Of a stretch of 64,000 nucleotides of DNA, positions 19,104-28,162 are shown in pieces. The notes below the pieces were generated by a model. The model searched no databases. It worked only from the letters and a program-made list of their open reading frames with translations, and had not been told where the DNA came from. The stretch is from a virus (Duplodnaviria; Heunggongvirae; Uroviricota; Caudoviricetes), in IMG/VR virus record IMGVR_UViG_3300028992_000036. One strand, 5' to 3'. The position numbers and the translations under genes are program-made. Numbering within the stretch: position 1 is the stretch's first letter; every line of letters starts with the position of its first letter.

Positions 19104-19433
19104 TTACTCGAATACTTCAAGAAACTCCTGAACGTCCCAATGCTGGACGAGGTGAAGATAGACCTTAGAAATCACGTCATTTTCGCTATCGCATGTGAAG
19201 TAGTACTTCTGGCTGCGGTTGTATGTGTCCACACAAAATTCGCTCATATCCATAAAGTCAGCATCTTCACCCATGTCGCAAATCATCAAAGCAGGTGCAT
19301 CATCACGAGTCATCAGCTCCAGCACCCATCTTGAATTAATCAGAGTGGAAGACCAACCTTCCAGCTCATAGAACTGGTCAAACTCTTTTTGAGTTAATTT
19401 CTTGATTTGGTTGATGTCGATATTTGCAAACAT
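19104..19433 (-). CDS. hypothetical acidic protein (start curated to MFANIDIN)
   Basis: Internal ATG preceded by TTTAAGGATTG; the first ATG lies inside the upstream palindrome. Confidence 0.45.
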   Translation of the reverse strand: MFANIDINQIKKLTQKEFDQFYELEGWSSTLINSRWVLELMTRDDAPALMICDMGEDADFMDMSEFCVDTYNRSQKYYFTCDSENDVISKVYLHLVQHWDVQEFLEVFE

Positions 19434-19789
19434 AAAGCAATCCTTAAACAACATGTTTTCTTGATGGTGTTATTATCGCAATAACGCACAGGCGAAAAAG
19501 GATTTTATTCCGGTGAATATGGTTTTGGCAGTGAGTTTTCAGGTTCAGTACCGAGTATACTTTTTACATTATTCTGATTTAGTGGCCGAAGGTGGCTGGT
19601 GGGCAGAATAATCCTCTCCCCGAAAACCTACTGAAATCGATTGTGACCCGTTGGCTGTCTGGCACAATTACGCTGTAGCTGGGCATTCAGAGGGAATCCA
19701 GCGGTAAGCAAGTCCGCCTACGTGAGCGCCTCTCTTCTTCCCGCACATTACAGGTGGGTAGCCGCAACTCTCCCTCTCGCTATACCGGT

Positions 19790-19950
19790 ACGCCGCCGTT
19801 CCTGAACCGGCATCGAGCCTTTTCCCGAAATCCACACAGGCAACTCGACCGTTTCCCTGAAAACCTCCAGCCGTTCCCCGAAGGCAACCCAGCCGTTTCT
19901 GTAGCGGGATGCAACCTTTTCCCTGTATGGACCGAAGGCTGACCGTAGGG
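19790..19950. repeat. iteron-like array, 6-7 copies of (A/G)GCCGTTTCCCTGAA at about 22-bp spacing
   Basis: Copies at about 19795, 19818, 19848, 19870, 19892, 19915, 19941; overlapping ORFs have non-protein-like composition. Confidence 0.5.
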
Positions 19951-20995
19951 GTGTTACGGGGGATAAAATCAGGAGTTGAATAAATACGAAAAAGGAGGCG
20001 ACACCCCTCCTTCCCTCCCCACTTATACATACCTGGCTTCTTCGCTATACATGTTGTGTTTTATCTGTCTCAACCTCTCTATAGGCGTTAATGCTCACTC
20101 CTTCCAGAATGTTCTATACGGCAACTATTTCTGTTGGTGAATTGGGTGTGTTGTTCTCTCTGTCGGTGTATGTGGTTTCGTTCGTTTTGCGGTGGTTCTT
20201 CTATGGGGTGTTCTCGTCGTTTTGGTGATTGTTCTTCTCCGTGTATGGAGTAATGGCAGGTGGGCGATTCCTTTCGTTGTTGTGTTTGAGTTGTTTGTCT
20301 GGAGTGTGTGAAAGGCTTTTGCAGTTATTCGTGTATTGGGTAATGGCATTTCCCGTGATTGTTGTGTTTCGTGTCTTTTGGGATTGAGAGAAACCTTGCG
20401 GTTACAGGCTTCGTTGGGGTTTCAGTGATTCTGGTGTTCTTCGCTGTTTGGGGAATGGCGTGTCGTGGGTATCGCGCGTATGAATGTTTTCGGATTGCCT
20501 GTGAAAGTTAGGTTGGTTGTCCGGTAGCCTGGGGAGAAGAGGTGGGTCTTTTCGGTAGCCTGCCATAAAGAGGTTGGTTGTTTTTGGAAATGGCATTTGT
20601 GTTATTTAGTTGTTTTGTTATGCCTGAAAATAAGTTGTTTATATGGTTGTGTAACGCAACGGGAGCGATTTTGAGCGTGTGTTTTTGTTGGTAGTATGTT
20701 GGGTCGTCTGTGGTGAAAATTGGACGCTGTGGCGCTGTCTGCTGCGTAGAGTTACGGGTATAAGCAGTGATGTGTGAAAACGTCAATTTTTTAGACCAAA
20801 TCGGGTGAAAGCGTTGATGTTTCGTTGATCTGTTATTCAGTTGTTTTCTTGATTGTATAAACAACTATAACTTATTGATATTTAAGGATGTGATTGCGGG
20901 TATGGAAGAAGAGTAGTGGCGATCAACGGATTCTTATAGAAAAGAATCAAATTGTGACCGCCATTATCAACTGATTGATTTGTTTACTTGTGTAG

Positions 20996-21394
20996 TCAGT
21001 TCTCGAAATGAATAGGGTCAACGTAATGCCGCTCACCGCTTTTACCATTACACAGCACTGTAACTTTCGCCTTTTCACTCCAGGCTGAGTATAGAAAGTT
21101 CCCATCAGGTTGAACATGGTAACGAGAGAAGTAAACATCGCCGACTGAGGCGTCGAACATGTTCCTATCTTTTTCACTTTGGGCAAGCGAGATGGATATC
21201 ACCGAATTCCCATTTGGGGAAACGATTTTAAATTTATTCCCTATATCCATAACAATATTGTAACCAGGTAATTGCTTGTGTGTTTCCGGATCTATTTTCA
21301 TGCATCGTGGGTACACGATAGTGTTAGGCTCTTCAACTGGCGTGGCATTAGCAGAAAGCACAAAAAATATTAGTGCCAATGGTGCATATTTCAT
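20996..21394 (-). CDS. secreted protein (signal peptide)
   Basis: N-terminal MKYAPLALIFFVLSANA; GTGAGGGAT Shine-Dalgarno; 132 aa. Confidence 0.5.
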   Translation of the reverse strand: MKYAPLALIFFVLSANATPVEEPNTIVYPRCMKIDPETHKQLPGYNIVMDIGNKFKIVSPNGNSVISISLAQSEKDRNMFDASVGDVYFSRYHVQPDGNFLYSAWSEKAKVTVLCNGKSGERHYVDPIHFEN

Positions 21395-21594
21395 TTATCC
21401 CTCACAATTTCCAATTTTCCAGACCATCGTCTATTTCAGCGTCAGGGTGGAATTGTACCGCATCAAATCCTACATCGAGCACCTTTCGAATGTTCTTGAT
21501 GGTTAGACTGGCCCCCTGAATCTCCAGACAACCAGTATCACTTAAATAAGTGATAGTCTTAATACTAGTTTTTAGACTAGTCATTGGAGAACAG

Positions 21595-21960
21595 ATGATT
21601 GATGTCTTAGGGCCGGAGAAACGCAGACGGCGTACCACACAGGAAAAGATCGCAATTGTTCAGCAGAGCTTTGAACCGGGGATGACGGTCTCCCTCGTTG
21701 CCCGGCAACATGGTGTAGCAGCCAGCCAGTTATTTCTCTGGCGTAAGCAATACCAGGAAGGAAGTCTTACTGCTGTCGCCGCCGGAGAACAGGTTGTTCC
21801 TGCCTCTGAACTTGCTGCCGCCATGAAGCAGATTAAAGAACTCCAGCGCCTGCTCGGCAAGAAAACGATGGAAAATGAACTCCTCAAAGAAGCCGTTGAA
21901 TATGGACGGGCAAAAAAGTGGATAGCGCACGCGCCCTTATTGCCCGGGGATGGGGAGTAA
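21595..21960 (+). CDS. insC: IS2 transposase OrfA (InsC-like)
   Basis: Protein begins [56 protein letters not shown], matching recalled IS2 InsC. Confidence 0.8.
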
Positions 21961-22823
21961 GCTTAGTCAGCCGTTGTCTCCGGGTGTCGCGTGCGCAGTT
22001 GCACGTCATTCTCAGACGAACCGATGACTGGATGGATGGCCGCCGCAGTCGTCACACTGATGATACGGATGTGCTTCTCCGTATACACCATGTTATCGGA
22101 GAGCTGCCCACGTATGGTTATCGTCGGGTATGGGCGCTGCTTCGCAGACAGGCAGAACTTGATGGTATGCCTGCGATCAATGCCAAACGTGTTTACCGGA
22201 TCATGCGCCAGAATGCGCTGTTGCTTGAGCGAAAACCTGCTGTACCGCCATCGAAACGGGCACATACAGGCAGAGTGGCCGTGAAAGAAAGCAATCAGCG
22301 ATGGTGCTCTGACGGGTTCGAGTTCTGCTGTGATAACGGAGAGAGACTGCGTGTCACGTTCGCGCTGGACTGCTGTGATCGTGAGGCACTGCACTGGGCG
22401 GTGACTACCGGCGGCTTCAACAGTGAAACAGTACAGGACGTCATGCTGGGAGCGGTGGAACGCCGCTTCGGCAACGATCTTCCGTCGTCTCCAGTGGAAT
22501 GGCTGACGGATAATGGTTCATGCTACCGGGCTAATGAAACACGCCAGTTCGCCCGGATGTTGGGACTTGAACCGAAGAACACGGCGGTGCGGAGTCCGGA
22601 GAGTAACGGAATAGCAGAGAGCTTCGTGAAAACGATAAAGCGTGACTACATCAGTATCATGCCCAAACCAGACGGGTTAACGGCAGCAAAGAACCTTACA
22701 GAGGCGTTCGAGCATTATAACGAATGGCATCCGCATAGTGCGCTGGGTTATCGCTCGCCACGGGAATATCTGCGGCAGCGGGCTTGTAATGGGTTAAGTG
22801 ATAACAGATGTCTGGAAATATAG
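21918..22823 (+). CDS. insD: IS2 transposase OrfB (InsD-like, DDE catalytic domain; normally expressed as OrfAB by -1 frameshift)
   Basis: 301-aa ORF overlapping orfA in -1 frame; integrase-core-like region. Confidence 0.8.
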
Positions 22824-23024
22824 GGGCAAATCCAATGGTTTGCTATGTGACACCGTAATCACGCAGCTTTTCTTCCCTCCCCTGACTCCCCCATACTCCG
22901 TTTCTGTACCCAATTGAGTCCGAGATTGTATGGTGCTCGAAACAGATATTTGGTAGACACTCAGAGTCATGCTGTGTAACGAGGGTAGGGCTACTAACTG
23001 TCGTCTTATACAATTTGGTGAGTT

Positions 23025-23273
23025 TCAGCATTTTACCACCCCGTTCGGAAACAACTCATTCGCCGTAGTTGATATAACCTCCCAATTAACGCCGACATCA
23101 GCGTTATGGCATTGTCTGATTTTTTGCATCACCTGTACGCATTGTTCATCAGTGAGATCTGTCCTTACTTCAGCAATATCTTCTTTGTGCCACATAACCA
23201 TGAGTAAGGGTTCGTCTTCTGGATAGTTTTTCAGTTTCTCGATGATTTCTTTTGCTGTTCCAAACATCTTCAT
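23025..23273 (-). CDS. hypothetical small protein
   Basis: 82-aa ORF with AGGAGATG Shine-Dalgarno and upstream AAACAATTTGTTTTCT motif. Confidence 0.45.
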   Translation of the reverse strand: MKMFGTAKEIIEKLKNYPEDEPLLMVMWHKEDIAEVRTDLTDEQCVQVMQKIRQCHNADVGVNWEVISTTANELFPNGVVKC

Positions 23274-23426
23274 CTCCTAAACAATTTGTTTTCTTATATG
23301 ACTTATTATCTCAATCAACAAAAGGTAGAAAACAAATTGTTTTAGAGTTTGTTAAAGTCAGAAGGGGTTGTGTCTATATGAAAATGCCCGGCGTGTTGCC
23401 GGGCATTGCGAAGAGAGGTTGTTTAA

Positions 23427-25460
23427 TTACTTAACCTGGTGGCCAGGTTTAGCACCAGCATCCGGGCTTAACAGGAAGATATCTTTCCCGCCGGGGCCAG
23501 CAGCCATCACCATGCCTTCAGAGATACCGAAGCGCATTTTACGTGGTGCCAGGTTAGCCACCATAATGGTGTGACGACCAATCAGTGCCTGTGGATCTGG
23601 ATAAGCGGAACGGATGCCTGAGAAGACATTACGCTTTTCACCACCGAGATCCAGCGTCAGGCGAAGCAGTTTGTCAGAACCTTCTACAAACTCTGCGTTT
23701 TCAATCAGCGCCACGCGCAGGTCAACTTTGGCGAAGTCGTCAAAGGTGATAGTTTCCTGAATCGGGTCGTCAGCCAGTGGGCCAGTTACCGGTGCGGCTG
23801 TGGCTTTCACTTCTTCTTTGGATGCTTCCACCAGTGCTTCAACCTGCTTCATATCGATGCGGTTATACAGTGCCTTGAACGGATTCACTTTATGGCCCAG
23901 CAGCGGTTGCTGGATACCATCCCAGGTCAGTTCTGTATTCAGGAATGCTTCTGCACGTTCAGTCAGTTTCGGCAGTACCGGTTTCAGGTACGTCATCAGC
24001 ACGCGGAACAGGTTAATGCCCATAGAGCAAATCGCCTGCAGATCGGCATCGCGTCCTTCCTGCTTTGCCACCACCCACGGAGCCTGTTCATCAACATAGC
24101 GGTTAGCCAGGTCAGCCAGTGCCATGATTTCACGGATAGCTTTGCCAAATTCGCGGCTTTCCCATGCTTCGCCAATCACTTCAGCGGCATCAGTAAAGGT
24201 TTTGTACAGTTGCGGGTCAGCCAGTTCGCTTGCCAGCACGCCGTCAAAACGCTTGTTGATAAAGCCTGCATTACGGGAGGCCAGGTTAACCACTTTGTTA
24301 ACGATATCGGCATTCACACGCTGAACGAAATCTTCCAGGTTGAGATCGATATCATCAATGCGCGAAGAGAGTTTCGCAGTGTAGTAGTAACGCAGGCTGT
24401 CGGCGTCAAAATGATTCAGCCAGGTGCTGGCTTTAATAAAGGTGCCGCGAGACTTGGACATCTTCGCGCCGTTCACCGTCACATAGCCGTGAACAAACAG
24501 GTTGGTCGGCTTGCGGAAGTTGCTGCCTTCCAGCATGGCAGGCCAGAACAGGCTGTGGAAGTAAACGATATCTTTGCCGATGAAGTGGTACAGCTCGGCG
24601 GTGGAGTCTTTCTTCCAGTATTCGTCGAAGCTGGTAGTGTCGCCGCGTTTGTCGCACAGATTCTTGAAGGAACCCATGTAGCCAATCGGCGCGTCCAGCC
24701 AGACGTAGAAGTATTTGCCCGGTGCGTTCGGAATTTCAAAACCGAAGTAAGGTGCGTCACGGGAGATATCCCACTGTTGCAGGCCAGATTCAAACCACTC
24801 CTGCATTTTGTTTGCCACCTGCTCCTGCAACGCACCGCTGCGGGTCCATGCCTGCAACATTTCGCTGAAAGAAGGCAGATCAAAGAAGAAGTGTTCGGAA
24901 TCACGCATTACCGGTGTAGCGCCAGAAACCACTGATTTCGGCTCGATCAGTTCCGTCGGGCTGTATGTCGCGCCGCAGACTTCACAGTTATCGCCGTATT
25001 GATCCGGCGCTTTACATTTCGGGCATGTGCCTTTTACAAAACGGTCCGGCAGGAACATGCCTTTTTCCGGGTCGTACAGCTGAGAGATGGTGCGGTTTTT
25101 AATAAAACCGTTCTCTTTCAGGCGAGTATAGATAAGCTCGGACAACTGACGGTTCTCTTCGCTGTGCGTCGAGTGATAGTTGTCATAGCTGATGTTAAAG
25201 CCTGCGAAATCAGTCTGATGTTCCTGACTCATTTCGCCAATCATCTGTTCCGGTGTGATACCAAGCTGCTGTGCTTTCAGCATGATTGGCGTACCGTGGG
25301 CATCGTCGGCACAGATGAAATTAACCTCGTGGCCGCGCATTCGCTGGTAACGAACCCAGACATCAGCCTGGATGTGCTCCAGCATATGGCCGAGGTGGAT
25401 TGAGCCGTTAGCGTACGGCAGCGCGCACGTCACCAGAATTTTCTTCGCGACTTGGGTCAT
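23427..25460 (-). CDS. metG: methionine--tRNA ligase (start curated to [10 protein letters not shown]; ORF-track N-terminal extension rejected)
   Basis: 677 aa; essentially collinear with E. coli MetG as recalled (class I HLGH motif, KMSKS, C-terminal tRNA-binding domain); hairpin terminator at about 23385-23410. Confidence 0.95.
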   Translation of the reverse strand: MTQVAKKILVTCALPYANGSIHLGHMLEHIQADVWVRYQRMRGHEVNFICADDAHGTPIMLKAQQLGITPEQMIGEMSQEHQTDFAGFNISYDNYHSTHSEENRQLSELIYTRLKENGFIKNRTISQLYDPEKGMFLPDRFVKGTCPKCKAPDQYGDNCEVCGATYSPTELIEPKSVVSGATPVMRDSEHFFFDLPSFSEMLQAWTRSGALQEQVANKMQEWFESGLQQWDISRDAPYFGFEIPNAPGKYFYVWLDAPIGYMGSFKNLCDKRGDTTSFDEYWKKDSTAELYHFIGKDIVYFHSLFWPAMLEGSNFRKPTNLFVHGYVTVNGAKMSKSRGTFIKASTWLNHFDADSLRYYYTAKLSSRIDDIDLNLEDFVQRVNADIVNKVVNLASRNAGFINKRFDGVLASELADPQLYKTFTDAAEVIGEAWESREFGKAIREIMALADLANRYVDEQAPWVVAKQEGRDADLQAICSMGINLFRVLMTYLKPVLPKLTERAEAFLNTELTWDGIQQPLLGHKVNPFKALYNRIDMKQVEALVEASKEEVKATAAPVTGPLADDPIQETITFDDFAKVDLRVALIENAEFVEGSDKLLRLTLDLGGEKRNVFSGIRSAYPDPQALIGRHTIMVANLAPRKMRFGISEGMVMAAGPGGKDIFLLSPDAGAKPGHQVK

Positions 25461-25617
25461 AGTAGGCATTACTTCTTTGTAGTGAAAAGGGGCTTGATAG
25501 TAACAAAATGGCCTTATGTCTGCCATGTGATAACAGCATTTCTCATAAATGATTAAATGTCGTAGCTGGAGTACACTACAAGGCGACAATTGCGCAAATT
25601 AAAATAAAGGAGACGGG

Positions 25618-26718
25618 ATGAGCGAGTCCAAATCGCCGGATGCCCTGAGAGCAATGGTAGCCGGTACGCTGGCTAATTTTCAGCACCCAACCCTGAAACA
25701 CAACCTGACTACGCTTAAAGCGTTACACCATGTTGCGTTGATGGATGACACACTGCATGTCGAACTAATCATGCCTTTCGTGTGGAATAAGCCTTTTGAA
25801 GACCTGAAAGAGCAATGTAGTGGTGATCTGCTCCGTATCACTGGCGCAAAGGCTATTGACTGGAAGCTGTCGTACAACATTGCCACGCTTAAGCGCGTCA
25901 AAAACCAACCAGGCATTAATGGCGTTAAGAACATTATCGCCGTCAGCTCAGGCAAGGGCGGCGTGGGTAAATCCTCCACGGCGGTAAACCTGGCACTGGC
26001 GTTGGCTGCTGAAGGTGCGAAAGTTGGTATTTTGGATGCCGATATCTATGGTCCATCAATTCCAACCATGCTGGGCGCGGAAAACCAACGTCCAACCTCA
26101 CCGGACGGTACTCACATGGCACCTATCATGTCTCATGGCCTGGCAACCAACTCTATTGGTTATCTGGTCACCGACGACAATGCAATGGTGTGGCGTGGAC
26201 CGATGGCCAGCAAGGCGCTGATGCAGATGTTGCAGGAAACACTGTGGCCTGATCTGGACTATCTCGTTCTCGATATGCCACCGGGCACTGGTGATATTCA
26301 ATTGACGCTGGCGCAGAACATTCCTGTAACTGGTGCGGTTGTGGTAACTACGCCGCAAGACATCGCGCTGATCGATGCGAAGAAAGGCATTGTGATGTTC
26401 GAAAAAGTCGAAGTGCCGGTACTGGGTATCGTTGAAAACATGAGTGTGCATATTTGCAGTAACTGCGGTCATCACGAGCCAATTTTTGGCACCGGTGGCG
26501 CACAGAAACTGGCCGAGAAATACAACACGCAGTTGTTAGGCCAAATGCCACTTCATATCTCTCTTCGTGAAGATCTGGATAACGGAACACCAACCGTTAT
26601 TAGTCGTCCAGATAGTGAATTTACGGCTATTTATCGTGACCTCGCAGATCGCGTTGCTGCCCAAATGTATTGGCAAGGTGAAGTAATACCTGGCGAAATC
26701 GCATTCCGCGCAGTGTGA
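25618..26718 (+). CDS. mrp: Fe-S cluster carrier ATPase Mrp/ApbC
   Basis: P-loop [11 protein letters not shown], Mrp signature and CxxC motif; near-identical to E. coli Mrp as recalled; divergent from metG as in the E. coli chromosome. Confidence 0.9.
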   Translation: MSESKSPDALRAMVAGTLANFQHPTLKHNLTTLKALHHVALMDDTLHVELIMPFVWNKPFEDLKEQCSGDLLRITGAKAIDWKLSYNIATLKRVKNQPGINGVKNIIAVSSGKGGVGKSSTAVNLALALAAEGAKVGILDADIYGPSIPTMLGAENQRPTSPDGTHMAPIMSHGLATNSIGYLVTDDNAMVWRGPMASKALMQMLQETLWPDLDYLVLDMPPGTGDIQLTLAQNIPVTGAVVVTTPQDIALIDAKKGIVMFEKVEVPVLGIVENMSVHICSNCGHHEPIFGTGGAQKLAEKYNTQLLGQMPLHISLREDLDNGTPTVISRPDSEFTAIYRDLADRVAAQMYWQGEVIPGEIAFRAV

Positions 26719-27016
26719 TAAAAAGGTGGTGCTTTTGCCGTTACGCACCACCCCGTCAGTAGCTGAACAGGAGGGACAGCTGATAGAAACAGAAGCCACT
26801 GGAGCACCTCAAAAACACCATCATACACTAAATCAGTAAGTTGGCAGCATCACCGAGCGCCAGCGGCGAACATATGAGCTTCGGAAATACTAGACATTCT
26901 TAACTCCGTTGTTTTCTAGTTGTGGTTATTTTCACAAATAAGAAAAGATAGAAAACAATTTATTTAAGGCCACAACTTATGGCCTTTATTTATTCATGCC
27001 GAAGGATTTGTAGCGT

Positions 27017-27397
27017 CTAATTGCCGGATAAAATGGGGTGAGGTGCTTGCCAGTAGGCTCCACCGTTCCATGTGAACCCCATGCGAATAAGAGTGTTTAT
27101 TGCGGCTTTGGTAGACTCCGATTCGACACTGGCTTTACGAAACTCTTGAACCTCTTTCGCCAACTTGTATGTAATTGTGCAGGGGACGATTGCAGCCCAG
27201 CCTTTCTCATGACTGTTAATGACCATCTGGATGTGACCATCCAGAATAGGTTGATTAGGCATGTTATTGAAAATGTCTGCCTGTTTTTGAATGTGAAGAA
27301 AAAGCCTTGCCAGCGCCATTTGCTCACTACGAGACAAGGGATTATCAAGAGGGCTTTTTGCAAAAGCTGCTATACGCTGTGCATCAATGCCAAACAT
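27017..27397 (-). CDS. hypothetical protein
   Basis: 126-aa ORF, start overlaps upstream stop. Confidence 0.45.
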   Translation of the reverse strand: MFGIDAQRIAAFAKSPLDNPLSRSEQMALARLFLHIQKQADIFNNMPNQPILDGHIQMVINSHEKGWAAIVPCTITYKLAKEVQEFRKASVESESTKAAINTLIRMGFTWNGGAYWQAPHPILSGN

Positions 27398-28101
27398 CAG
27401 CGCACCTCACCATCTTTATGGCTGGAGTTAACTTCCGTCATTAAATGTCTGACGTAATCGACAAGAGAGCCGCCTGGTGGAATCTGGCATTCCTCAACTA
27501 ACTGGAAGTAGATATCCGCTGCATTACGTGTATTGCTACCCGCGCATATTCTTTCTTCCCGAAGTGCATGAAGCTCGTTGATCAAACGGTCACACTCTCC
27601 GTTACGCTGATCCACAACGGCCTCAAGCTCTGCGACGCGTTCACCTGGCGTCTTACCTTCTTTGCGTTGGATGGTAACGACGAAATCGCCAATTGCAGGG
27701 ACGTTGTAATCCAGCTCAAGGTAGTTTTTGGCACCGCTGCGGACGAACTCACCCGCGAACATGGTGGCGAACATCGCAGAGGCCACTTCTCCGTTGAAAA
27801 GTGACTCCAGATCTAACGGAGTCCCGGCAGCAAGAGCCTCTTTTGCTGTATCCATTGCATCCATGAACCGATCAAACTCACTAGCGCGCTTTTCCAGGTC
27901 TTTCCATTGCTCGCTCCAACGTTTGGCAACGAAGTCTATGAATGTTTTCGCGGATTCATCAAAATTCCCCTCAAACTTAACGATGCCTTTATCAATAATG
28001 ATCTGGCCTACCGCATCCTCTGCATAACCTTTCAATGTAAACTTGAAAGGAAAATCGGAATGGCCTGTGACGTTAAAATGCTCTAACTGGAGGTTGCTCA
28101 T
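27397..28101 (-). CDS. hypothetical protein
   Basis: 234-aa ORF in operon with downstream gene. Confidence 0.45.
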   Translation of the reverse strand: MSNLQLEHFNVTGHSDFPFKFTLKGYAEDAVGQIIIDKGIVKFEGNFDESAKTFIDFVAKRWSEQWKDLEKRASEFDRFMDAMDTAKEALAAGTPLDLESLFNGEVASAMFATMFAGEFVRSGAKNYLELDYNVPAIGDFVVTIQRKEGKTPGERVAELEAVVDQRNGECDRLINELHALREERICAGSNTRNAADIYFQLVEECQIPPGGSLVDYVRHLMTEVNSSHKDGEVR

Positions 28102-28162
28102 GTGTTTTTCTCTTATCGTTTAGTAACTACATTCTTACATAAATTAAGTAAGCATTTACCTA

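Larger units (their letters stand above)
21504..22834 (+). mobile_element. IS2 (IS3 family), complete 1331-bp copy with 5-bp target-site duplication ATGGT
   Basis: Left end TAGACTGGCCCCCTGAATCTCCAGACAACC, right end ...CTGGAAATATAGGGGCAAATCCA; orfA/orfB overlapping in -1 frame; identical ATGGT at 21499-21503 and 22835-22839. Confidence 0.85.

Noticed and set aside
19668-20864. ORFs 19668-20030, 20125-20349, 20508-20864 (minus strand) across the repeat and G+T-skewed region
   Set aside because: Low-complexity Gly/Arg/Cys- or Thr/Arg/Lys-rich translations that coincide with tandem DNA repeats and strand-composition skew; no ribosome-binding sites; treated as non-coding.
23800-25403. Long antisense ORFs inside metG (for example 23892-24935 plus strand, 347 aa)
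   Set aside because: Entirely overlapped by the strongly supported metG reading frame; typical shadow ORFs of a GC-balanced gene.
25428-25589. N-terminal 43-aa extension of the metG ORF in the ORF track
   Set aside because: Canonical MetG begins at [10 protein letters not shown]; the extension lies in the metG-mrp promoter region.
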